A stretch of DNA of 32,000 bases. Origin: Xanthomonas campestris pv. campestris str. ATCC 33913 (GTDB lineage: Bacteria; Pseudomonadota; Gammaproteobacteria; Xanthomonadales; Xanthomonadaceae). A program made the position numbers and the translations under genes. The notes under the pieces were generated by a model that was not told where the DNA came from, searched no databases, and was given only the letters and a program-made list of their open reading frames with translations. The stretch is from NCBI RefSeq assembly GCF_000007145.1, contig NC_003902.1:4136497-4168496 (forward strand), read 5' to 3'. Shown in pieces: positions 1 to 7,308 of the stretch; positions within the stretch are counted from its first letter, which is position 1; every line of letters starts with the position of its first letter.

Positions 1-569
1 TCGGCAGCGAGCGTGCGGTGCCGCTGGAGTTGCACGTGATCAGCGCCAGCCACCGAGACCTGGCCCAGCGCGTCTCCGCGGGCGAGTTTCGCGAAGACCT
101 GTATTACCGACTCAACGGCGTGGTGCTGCATCTGCCGCCCTTGCGCGAGCGCAGCGACAAGGCCGAGTTGATCCGCACCCTGCTGCGCGAAGAGAACAAC
201 GAGCGCGGTGTCCGCATCAGCGAAGAGGCCATGCACAAACTGCTCAGCTACGCGTGGCCCGGCAATCTGCGCCAGCTGCGCAACGTGCTGCGCACCGCCG
301 CGGTGCTGTGCAGCGATGCGGTGATTCGCCTGCCCAACCTGCCGCAGGAAATCGTCGATGCCGGCAGTGCGCCGTGCCTGGTCGATGGCCGCGCCGTGGC
401 CGCCGACGACATGCCCGGGCGCGTGGCGCTGGACCAGGCCGAGCGCCTGGTCCTGCAGCAGCAGCTCGAACGACACCGTTGGAATGTCAGCCGCACCGCT
501 GACGCGCTGGGCATCAGCCGCAATACGCTGTATCGCAAGCTGCGCAAGCATGGGTTGGAAACGGGGTGA
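1..569 (+). CDS. sigma-54-dependent transcriptional activator, C-terminal part (5' end outside window)
   Basis: The frame is open from the window edge (phase starts at nt 3) to TGA 567-569. It carries enhancer-binding-protein AAA+ C-terminal motifs (FREDLYYRLN, AWPGNLRQLRN) and a Fis-type HTH (ISRNTLYRKLRKHG). Confidence 0.85.
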   Translation, partial: GSERAVPLELHVISASHRDLAQRVSAGEFREDLYYRLNGVVLHLPPLRERSDKAELIRTLLREENNERGVRISEEAMHKLLSYAWPGNLRQLRNVLRTAAVLCSDAVIRLPNLPQEIVDAGSAPCLVDGRAVAADDMPGRVALDQAERLVLQQQLERHRWNVSRTADALGISRNTLYRKLRKHGLETG

Positions 570-578
570 CTGAGCGGC

Positions 579-608
579 GGGGATTGGTGATTGGGGATTG
601 GGGATTCG
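579..608 (+). repeat. 7-nt periodic repeat block A (GGGGATT GGTGATT GGGGATT GGGGATT CG)
   Basis: Four tandem heptamers start 10 nt after the activator stop codon, G-rich on the gene's sense strand. The block is followed by the hairpin caaagcc-N8-ggctttg. Confidence 0.8.
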
Positions 609-762
609 TCAAAGCCAAGGCAGTGGCTTTGCGCTGACATTTAGAGCGATCAACACAATTATTTCTTGGCCATCAGACGGGTGGTGCTGTGGCCGTGTGC
701 GGCGTTTGTCATGCGCGCATGTCGCGATTGCGGAGCGGGTGCTCTGGGCTTAGCTGCAGGGC

Positions 763-864
763 CCTTGCCCGCCCACCATCGCGGGACACGCTGCAAGTAC
801 GTCCTTGTAAGCTCTTACGCGGCATCCATGCCGCGTAAGGTCCCGCGACGGTGAGCGGGCAAGG
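763..864. repeat. ~102-bp long-hairpin (REP/MITE-like) element, copy 1
   Basis: Outer arms ccttgcccgc..atcgcgggac pair with gtcccgcgac..gcgggcaagg. The inner perfect palindrome is cttacgcggcat-cc-atgccgcgtaag. A related copy lies inverted at 1854-1960. Confidence 0.75.
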
Positions 865-947
865 ACCAGTGGAGATGGTCGGTGTGCATGGTGCAAGCAA
901 TGCTTGACGTGGGTTGCTTAGAACCTGTTCACGATCTTTCCTGATCA

Positions 948-1343
948 GTGCAGACTATGCGGATGCGCCAAAAGACCTATCCGAGTGACATGAGCCGGGA
1001 GCAGTTCGAACACGTGCTGCCGATTCTGGAACAAGCGCGTAAGCGCACCAAGCCACGCCGTGTGGATATGTATGAGGTGTGGTGCGCAGTGTTGTACGTG
1101 CTGCGAACCGGTTGCCAATGGCGAGCGCTACCCAGCGACTTTCCGAAGTGGCGAACCGTGCACTCGTACTTTGCCAAGTGGAGCGAGTGCGACGATGAGG
1201 GAGTGAGCCTGCTGGAGCAGGCACTTAAAAAATCAGGTTGGCGTGGCCCGCGCCAGACAGGAGCGCAACGCTTGCACCAGGTTCTTGATCGTGGACGCGC
1301 AGAGCGTAAAGAACACGGACACAGCAGGGCAAAAGGGATATGA
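948..1343 (+). CDS. IS5-family transposase OrfA (N-terminal DNA-binding part)
   Basis: The product (YPSDMSREQFEHVLPILE...GCQWRALPSDFPKWRTVHSYFAKW) is typical of the IS5/IS427 N-terminal domain. The likely true start is ATG 957 or 963. An A6 tract lies at 1227-1232. Confidence 0.85.
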   Translation: MQTMRMRQKTYPSDMSREQFEHVLPILEQARKRTKPRRVDMYEVWCAVLYVLRTGCQWRALPSDFPKWRTVHSYFAKWSECDDEGVSLLEQALKKSGWRGPRQTGAQRLHQVLDRGRAERKEHGHSRAKGI

Positions 1344-1761
1344 CACGGGCAAGAAGGTGTCGGGCATCAAGCGGCATATCGCTGTTGATACTCAGGGATT
1401 GCCCCATGCAATCGCGGTGACGACGGCGGAGGTGACCGACCGCAAAGGTGCGCTGCAAGCGTTGGAGCGCTGCCAGTCAAAGTTGACGCATGTACAAACC
1501 TTACTGTGCGACAGCGGTTACACCGGAGTACGGTTTGCCGACGGCGTGCGAGAGATTTTAGGCGAACAGCTCACGGTGCAGATTGCCAAGCGCAGCGAAC
1601 TGCACACCTTCAAGGTCATGCCCAAGCGATGGATCGTCGAGCGTAGTTTTGCTTGGCTGGAGAAGAACCGAAGGCTATGGAAGAACTGCGAGCGCAAACT
1701 CAACACCAGCCTGCAGTTCATCCATTTGGCCTTCTTGGCACTATTACTCAGAAGATCGTGA
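1243..1761 (+). CDS. IS5-family transposase OrfB (DDE catalytic part)
   Basis: The product (FLIVDAQSVKNTDTAGQKGYDTGKKVSGIKRHIAVDTQGLP...DSGY...KRWIVERSFAWLEKNRRL) is a DDE_Tnp_1-type domain. The frame is +1 relative to OrfA and open back to the A6 tract. Confidence 0.85.
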   Translation: MARARQERNACTRFLIVDAQSVKNTDTAGQKGYDTGKKVSGIKRHIAVDTQGLPHAIAVTTAEVTDRKGALQALERCQSKLTHVQTLLCDSGYTGVRFADGVREILGEQLTVQIAKRSELHTFKVMPKRWIVERSFAWLEKNRRLWKNCERKLNTSLQFIHLAFLALLLRRS

Positions 1762-1853
1762 ACAGGTTCTTAGATAACCGCGCGTCCGATCATTTTCTCA
1801 ATGAAAGCCGAGCAAAGGACAAGATTTCAAGAAAACAACCGACCAACTCCAAG

Positions 1854-1960
1854 GTGCGGTGTCCTCGCCGCTTGCGGGACCGTGTGGCGGCACGGATGCC
1901 GCCACCGAGCCCCCAGGGACGGGTTCACGGCGTGTCCCGCGAGCGGTGAGGGCACCGCAC
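1854..1960. repeat. ~107-bp long-hairpin (REP/MITE-like) element, copy 2 (inverted relative to copy 1)
   Basis: The 27-nt arm gtgcggtgtcctcgccgcttgcgggac pairs with gtcccgcgagcggtgagggcaccgcac (24/27). The core shares cgcgggacacgc...gcggcatcc(a/g)tgccgc...ggtcccgc with 763-864. Confidence 0.75.
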
Positions 1961-2023
1961 TGCCGATCAGCGCGACACGCGGCCCTCCAGAGACCGCCGA
2001 GCGCGGCTGGTGCTGACGCCTTA

Positions 2024-2058
2024 CGAATCTCTAATCTCCGATACCGAATCCCCGCCCC
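2024..2058 (-). repeat. 7-nt periodic repeat block B (sense: GGGGCGG GGATTCG GTATCGG AGATTAG AGATTCG)
   Basis: It starts 5 nt after the TonB-receptor stop on the gene's sense strand. It shares its termini (GGGGCGGGGATT...GATTCGTAAG) with block F at 31556-31590. Confidence 0.75.
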
Positions 2059-2062
2059 AAAC

Positions 2063-4447
2063 TCATAACGCCCAACGCACCCCGATCAGATACTGCCGCG
2101 GCACACCGGGTGCGAGAAACCGGGCCGGCCCGGTTTCTACCGGCGCGTCCTGCGGGCGCGCCAGTTCGCCATCTGGGAACACGTCTTCGGCTACTGCGGC
2201 ATACGTGGCGTACTGGCGGTCAAACACATTGTCGATCCGCGCGAACAGCGAGAGTCGTTCGCTGAGTTGCCAGCGCGCCTGCAGATCCACCAAGGCATAA
2301 CCGGCGGTGCCGATGTCGATACGTTCGGGTGCGGGCTCGCCGTCTTCAGCGTTATCGACCTGGCCGTCTTCGTTGCCGCTGGCCACGCGCCCCGACACCG
2401 CGCGTAACCCCGCACCCAGCGTCAGTGCATCGCCCTGCCATTCGACCCCGAGCTTGAGGTTATGCCGCGGCAGTGCGGCAATGCGCAGCCCCGGGCGCAA
2501 GGTGATCACGCGTTCGCCGGAGAGCAGCTCACCGTCGCTGCGGTAGGTCGCATCCAGATAGCTGTAGCCCGCCGACCATTGCCAGGCGCCCGCCTGAAAC
2601 CGCATTGCCGCATCGGCGCCCTGGTAGCGGGTGCGCCCCACGTTGTCGAAATAACCCAGTTGGGTGTCTGGTGCGCGCAGGAACAGGATGTCGTCGCGGT
2701 TGTCGGCACGGTACACCGACAAGGTGACGTCGCTGTCTTGCGAAGGCGCCCAGCGCGCACCCAGCTCGTAGGTGCGCGAGATGATCTGCTCCAGCCGCGG
2801 GTCGGCCTGCAGCCCGGTCGGCAGCCGGCACGGTTGGGTGGGGTCGGCGCAACCCAGCTCGATGGCGGTGGGTGCGCGGCTGTTCTGCGCGACCGAGCCA
2901 TACACAGTGAGCCCCTCATGCAACCGATGGGTGAGGCCCAGCGATGGATTGGCCTTGGCATACACGAAGCGCTCGCGCGGGCGGTCGCCGTCCTCGGCGG
3001 TGGAAAGAATGTTGTCCACGGTGACGTGATTCCAGCGCACCGCGGCGGTGAGATGGGTGGCCGCATCCAGCGCCCAGGTGTCGGCAACGAACACGCCCAG
3101 CGTCTTGGTGCTGCCGCGTACGCCGGAGAAGAACGCGCGTTCGGCATCCGGATCGGCGGCAACCGAGCGGTCTGGCTGCACCCAGCCCTCGCGGGCGAAT
3201 TGCTGGTAACGCACATGGCCGCGATCGAAGGTGGCGCCGGTGCTGAGCGCATGGGCGCCCCATTGCTTGCTCACATTCACCGCCACGCCCTGCGCTTCCT
3301 GGCGCATCTGGGTGGTATTGAGCGCGCCGGTGGGCAAGGTATCGGCATCGGCGCGAGCGACGTCGCAATCGGCATCCAGCGCAGTGCCATCTGCGGCATA
3401 GCCGGAGGCGCACTCTTCGACGAACTCCTCGTAGTCTTCGCCGATGTCGCCATTGACGGTGTCACGCCGGCCCACGCGCGAGTAGGCCAATGCATGCAGC
3501 GCGGTGTCCGCATCGGAGCGGTGATCCAGCTGCGCGGTGAACAAGGTATTGCGGTTGCGGGTGAGGTCGGGCGAGGTGTAGACCGCGCGGCGGTCGGCAC
3601 GGTACAGGCCCGGCCTGCTGCCGTCGTCGGTGTAGCTTGTGTCCGGCAGCAAGCCGTTGCCGATCAGGCGGCTGCGCCCATGCAGCACCGACAGGCTCCA
3701 GTCGGTCTGCTCGCCCTGCTTGCCGACCTTGCCGAACACCGTTCCCAGCCGGCCTTCGGACGCATCGCGCCAGCCGTTTTCATCGAAGCCGGTGACCGCC
3801 ACAAACCCATGCCAGCCGTCGTTGCCGGCAATGCCGTAGCTGGCATCCAGGCGCTTGCGCGCGCCGCTGCCGATGCTGAGCTCGCCTTGTGCGCCGGGCG
3901 CGGTCAGCCCCGAGGCGGTAGTGAGCACCACCGCACCACCGAGCGTGTTGGGGCCAAACAACGGATTGGAACCGGGCATCAGCGTGACTGCGTTGATCGC
4001 CGCTTCGGGCAGCATGTCCCAGCTGACGATGTCGGCGAAGGGTTCATTGAAGCGCACGCCATCCAGATACACCGACACGCCCTGCGAGGCACCCGGCAAC
4101 GCGGAGGCGCGGAAGCCGTGGAAGGTGAGATCGTTCTGGAATGCACTGCCCTGCACGTCATTGCCATCCACGCCGACAAAACGCCGCTGCAGCAGATCGC
4201 CCAGGTTGTTGCTGCGCCCGCGCGAGAGCTCGGCGCGGTTGGCCGATTGCACCATGTAGGGCAGCTGCGCGGCATCGATGGTGGTGCCGGGGATCGGTGT
4301 GGCGGTCACTTCGATGCGATCCAGCCAGGTCACCTGCGGCGCCTCGGCCGCGATGCCCATCGCCGGCCCCGCCAGCAGCGCCATCGCGCATGCACCCGCC
4401 AACGTCTTCCGCTGCACTCCCGCTGCCCTGCGCTTGCCTGCTGCCAT
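2063..4447 (-). CDS. TonB-dependent outer-membrane receptor
   Basis: 794 codons. It has a signal peptide (ALLAGPAMGIAAEA) and a plug start (LDRIEVTATP, SNNLGDLLQR, FRGF-type HGFRAS). The C-terminal part is a long beta-barrel. Start ATG 4447 is preceded by GGAG and lies 10 nt after the upstream stop. Confidence 0.9.
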   Translation of the reverse strand: MAAGKRRAAGVQRKTLAGACAMALLAGPAMGIAAEAPQVTWLDRIEVTATPIPGTTIDAAQLPYMVQSANRAELSRGRSNNLGDLLQRRFVGVDGNDVQGSAFQNDLTFHGFRASALPGASQGVSVYLDGVRFNEPFADIVSWDMLPEAAINAVTLMPGSNPLFGPNTLGGAVVLTTASGLTAPGAQGELSIGSGARKRLDASYGIAGNDGWHGFVAVTGFDENGWRDASEGRLGTVFGKVGKQGEQTDWSLSVLHGRSRLIGNGLLPDTSYTDDGSRPGLYRADRRAVYTSPDLTRNRNTLFTAQLDHRSDADTALHALAYSRVGRRDTVNGDIGEDYEEFVEECASGYAADGTALDADCDVARADADTLPTGALNTTQMRQEAQGVAVNVSKQWGAHALSTGATFDRGHVRYQQFAREGWVQPDRSVAADPDAERAFFSGVRGSTKTLGVFVADTWALDAATHLTAAVRWNHVTVDNILSTAEDGDRPRERFVYAKANPSLGLTHRLHEGLTVYGSVAQNSRAPTAIELGCADPTQPCRLPTGLQADPRLEQIISRTYELGARWAPSQDSDVTLSVYRADNRDDILFLRAPDTQLGYFDNVGRTRYQGADAAMRFQAGAWQWSAGYSYLDATYRSDGELLSGERVITLRPGLRIAALPRHNLKLGVEWQGDALTLGAGLRAVSGRVASGNEDGQVDNAEDGEPAPERIDIGTAGYALVDLQARWQLSERLSLFARIDNVFDRQYATYAAVAEDVFPDGELARPQDAPVETGPARFLAPGVPRQYLIGVRWAL

Positions 4448-4457
4448 GCTGGTCTCC

Positions 4458-5564
4458 TCAATAAAGCACGATCGATTTGATGCCGCGCGCCGCACGCAGA
4501 TCCGCCAGCGCCTGATTGATGTCGTCCAATGCCAGCGTGCGCGTGATCAGCGGTGCAAGCTGCAGATCGCCGCGCAGATACCGCTCCACATAACCGGGCA
4601 GTTCGCTGCGGCCCTTGACCCCGCCAAAGGCGCTGCCGCGCCACACCCGCCCGGTGACCAGTTGGAAGGGCCGCGTGCTGATTTCCTGCGCGCCATCGGC
4701 GACGCCGAGGATGACGCTCTCGCCCCAGCCCTTGTGGCAGCACTCCAGCGCCGCGCGCATTGCACCGACATCGCCGATGCATTCGAAACTGTGGTCGGCG
4801 CCGCCGTCGGTGAGGTCCACGATCACCTGCTGGATCGGCGCGCCGTAGTCGCGTGGGTCCAGGCAGTCGGTGGCGCCCAGCGCGCGTGCCAAGGCGAATT
4901 TTCCTGGGGCGATATCCACCACGATGATGCGCCCGGCCTGCGCCAGCACCGCGCCCTGGATCACCGACAAACCGATGCCGCCCAGGCCGAATACCGCCAC
5001 GCAATCGCCAGGGCGCACGTGGATGCTGTTGAGCACCGCGCCCACGCCGGTGGTGACCGTGCAGCCGAGCAGGCAGACCTGATCCAGCGGCGCATCCGGA
5101 TGGATCCGCGCCACCGCGATCTCCGGCAGCACCGTGTATTCGGAAAACGTGCTGGTACCCATGTGATGCAGGATCGGCCGCCCATCCAGCGAGAAGCGGC
5201 TGCTGCCATCGGGCATCAGCCCACGCTCCTGGCTGCTGCGAATCGCCTGGCACAGATTGGTGCGGCCGGAGCGGCAGAACTTGCAGACGCCGCATTCGGG
5301 CATGTCCAGCGGAATCACGTGGTCGCCCACGCGCACGCTGGTCACGCCGATACCCACTTCCTCGACAACCCCGCTGCCTTCCTGGCCCAGGATCGCCGGA
5401 AAACTACTGGCCGGCGCATGCGCCAACGCATGCGCATCGCCGTGGCAGATGCCGGTGGCCACCAGGCGCACCAGCACCTCGCCCGGACGTGGCGGCTGCA
5501 GGTCCACTTCTTCGATGCTCAGCGGCTGGTGCGGGCCCCAGGCCACCGCGGCGCGTGTCTTCAT
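4458..5564 (-). CDS. class III (glutathione-dependent formaldehyde dehydrogenase-like) Zn alcohol dehydrogenase paralogue
   Basis: 368 aa, collinear with FrmA/AdhC ([11 protein letters not shown]..., [45 protein letters not shown]). It reads CHGD instead of CHTD and LGQEG instead of LGHEG. Confidence 0.85.
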   Translation of the reverse strand: MKTRAAVAWGPHQPLSIEEVDLQPPRPGEVLVRLVATGICHGDAHALAHAPASSFPAILGQEGSGVVEEVGIGVTSVRVGDHVIPLDMPECGVCKFCRSGRTNLCQAIRSSQERGLMPDGSSRFSLDGRPILHHMGTSTFSEYTVLPEIAVARIHPDAPLDQVCLLGCTVTTGVGAVLNSIHVRPGDCVAVFGLGGIGLSVIQGAVLAQAGRIIVVDIAPGKFALARALGATDCLDPRDYGAPIQQVIVDLTDGGADHSFECIGDVGAMRAALECCHKGWGESVILGVADGAQEISTRPFQLVTGRVWRGSAFGGVKGRSELPGYVERYLRGDLQLAPLITRTLALDDINQALADLRAARGIKSIVLY

Positions 5565-5598
5565 CCAGCCTCCCGGGCGCGCATCGGCATGCTGCCGC

Positions 5599-6645
5599 TC
5601 AGCGCGCGATCACCACGCCCCACGGCAATTCGCCGACAGGGATCTGTTTGATCTCACGCAACGTGGCGGTGTCGATCACGCTCACCGAGTTGGAGCGCCC
5701 GTTGGCCACGTACAGCTTGTCACCGGCCGGGGTCAGCGCCGGATTCCACGGGCGCAGGCCGACCGGGATTTCGGCGATGCCGGCACCGGTGCGGGTGTCG
5801 AGCACACTCACGCTGCCAGCGCCGCCATTGGAGGCATACAGCCGCGTGCCATCGGCCGACAAGGTCACCCCGGCGGTGCGCACGCCGGCCGGAATGCTGG
5901 CCCGGCGCGTGCGTGTCTGCAGGTCGATCACATCCACCACGTTGGCGGTTTCCTGCGCGATGTACACGCTGTGGCCATCGGGCGCGAAGGCCATGCCACG
6001 CGGATGGCCACTGGTGGCGACCACGCCGCGCGAACTGTGCGTGGCGAGGTCGATCATGTCCATGTCGTTGGAGCCCTCATTGCTGGTGAGCACCCACTTC
6101 CCGTCCGGCGTGTAGGCGCAGTGCTCCGGCGCCTGGCCGCGCGTGGCGATCACCTGCTGCACCTTGAACTGGCCGACATCGATCAGCATCACCTGGTTCT
6201 GGCCTTCCACGCAGATGGCGAATTGCGTGCCGTCCGGCGACAGCGCGATGCCCTCGGCGTTCTCGCCGATCTCCACGCTGCGCAGCACACGGTCCTGCGT
6301 GGTATCCAGTTCGATCAGGCGGTGGTGCTCGGCATCGATCAGATACAGCTGTCCTTGCGGGCCGGGCAATACCTGCTGCAGCCGTTTGCCGAGCGCCCCT
6401 TGCGCACTGAGCGTGCGCACCACCGTATCGCTGGCGGTGTCGATCACCGACACCGTGCCGCTGCGCTGGTTGGGCACGAAGGCCAGCACCGGCGCAGTCG
6501 CCTTGGGCGGCGCGCTGGTGCTGGCGGCAGCGGCAGGCGTGGCCGCGGGCGCTGCGCTGTCGCGTTGGCAACCTGCCAACGCCAGCAGCGCGCACAACAC
6601 GCCTGCGGTGATCCTCCAACGTTGCCGCGCGGCCGCTGCCGTCAT
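5599..6645 (-). CDS. YVTN-family beta-propeller lipoprotein (PQQ-catabolism-associated type)
   Basis: 348 aa with lipobox LALAGC and repeated YVxN/SVID-type blades ([45 protein letters not shown]). Its ATGA overlaps the upstream cytochrome stop. Confidence 0.85.
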   Translation of the reverse strand: MTAAAARQRWRITAGVLCALLALAGCQRDSAAPAATPAAAASTSAPPKATAPVLAFVPNQRSGTVSVIDTASDTVVRTLSAQGALGKRLQQVLPGPQGQLYLIDAEHHRLIELDTTQDRVLRSVEIGENAEGIALSPDGTQFAICVEGQNQVMLIDVGQFKVQQVIATRGQAPEHCAYTPDGKWVLTSNEGSNDMDMIDLATHSSRGVVATSGHPRGMAFAPDGHSVYIAQETANVVDVIDLQTRTRRASIPAGVRTAGVTLSADGTRLYASNGGAGSVSVLDTRTGAGIAEIPVGLRPWNPALTPAGDKLYVANGRSNSVSVIDTATLREIKQIPVGELPWGVVIAR

Positions 6646-7244
6646 TGCGCCTTGCCCGCGGTCTTGTTGATGGAGTGGATGAAGGCCAGCAGTTTTTCGG
6701 TATCACCCGGCTTGAGCACCGGTGCGAACGGCGGCATCTGCCCCACCACCTTTTCATGGCCGATGCGGGTCTTGCCGTGGGTGATCATCGCCGCGGTGCC
6801 CTCGCTGATCAGTGCACGCAAGGTGTCGTCATCGCTGCCGTACACCCAGATGTCGTTGGTCAGCGGCGGGCACATGCCACCGCCGCCGGTGCCGCCATGG
6901 CAGGCGTTGCAGCCGGCGGAGAAATATATCTTCTTGCCTTCGGCGATGAGCTCGGGCGTGACCTTGACCTCGGGCCCCTTCGGGATCGGCAGCACCGCGG
7001 CGGGCGGCGCGGGCGGCGTAGCCGGGTCCGGCGCAGGCCCGGCGGCTGGTGCAGCGGCCGGCGTGCCCGGTGCGGGCGCTGCGGCATCGGCAGCCGGCGC
7101 CGGTGTGCCGGCCGCAGGCGGCGTGTCGGCGGCGGGTGCTGGCGGTGCGTCCTTGCCGCAGGCGGCCAGCAGCACACTGACCAACAACGCGCACAGCGGT
7201 GCGCGCAGGGAACGATCGAAACGACGGGCAGTAACCTTGCGCAT
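6642..7244 (-). CDS. c-type cytochrome lipoprotein (XoxG/ExaB-like electron acceptor candidate)
   Basis: Start ATG 7244 (MRKVTARRF...LLAACGK lipobox). A ~60-aa Pro/Ala linker precedes the CNACH heme motif and a distal Met (GQMPPF). The annotated longer ORF 6642-7361 was trimmed. Confidence 0.85.
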   Translation of the reverse strand: MRKVTARRFDRSLRAPLCALLVSVLLAACGKDAPPAPAADTPPAAGTPAPAADAAAPAPGTPAAAPAAGPAPDPATPPAPPAAVLPIPKGPEVKVTPELIAEGKKIYFSAGCNACHGGTGGGGMCPPLTNDIWVYGSDDDTLRALISEGTAAMITHGKTRIGHEKVVGQMPPFAPVLKPGDTEKLLAFIHSINKTAGKAQ

Positions 7245-7308
7245 GAACGAACCTTTCTGACAATCGGAGGGAACACCGCGCACCCCTTGCACGCGGTGGA
7301 TGACGCAC

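Larger units (their letters stand above)
921..1769 (+). mobile_element. IS5-family insertion sequence (small two-ORF IS427/IS1031-like type), 849 bp
   Basis: It has 18-bp perfect terminal inverted repeats (GAACCTGTTCACGATCTT) and a 3-bp direct duplication TTA at 918-920 and 1770-1772. It encodes two overlapping transposase ORFs. Confidence 0.9.

Noticed and set aside
2063-2083. The TonB-dependent receptor ends in ...GVRWAL rather than the usual C-terminal aromatic residue.
   Set aside because: The penultimate positions still fit a terminal beta-strand, and there is no sign of truncation or frameshift. Without an alignment this is not strong enough to call it abnormal.
2462-4480. Very long ORFs antisense to real genes. 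Examples are 2462-4480 (+), 4278-5651 (+), 5257-7260 (+), 10561-12657 (+), 12539-14557 (+), 14694-17354 (+), 18084-19025 (+) and 23421-24314 (+).
   Set aside because: This is the typical high-GC artefact in which the antisense frame shares the GC-rich third position. The products are Arg/Ala/Gly/His-rich with no recognisable domains. The opposite strand encodes clearly recognisable proteins.
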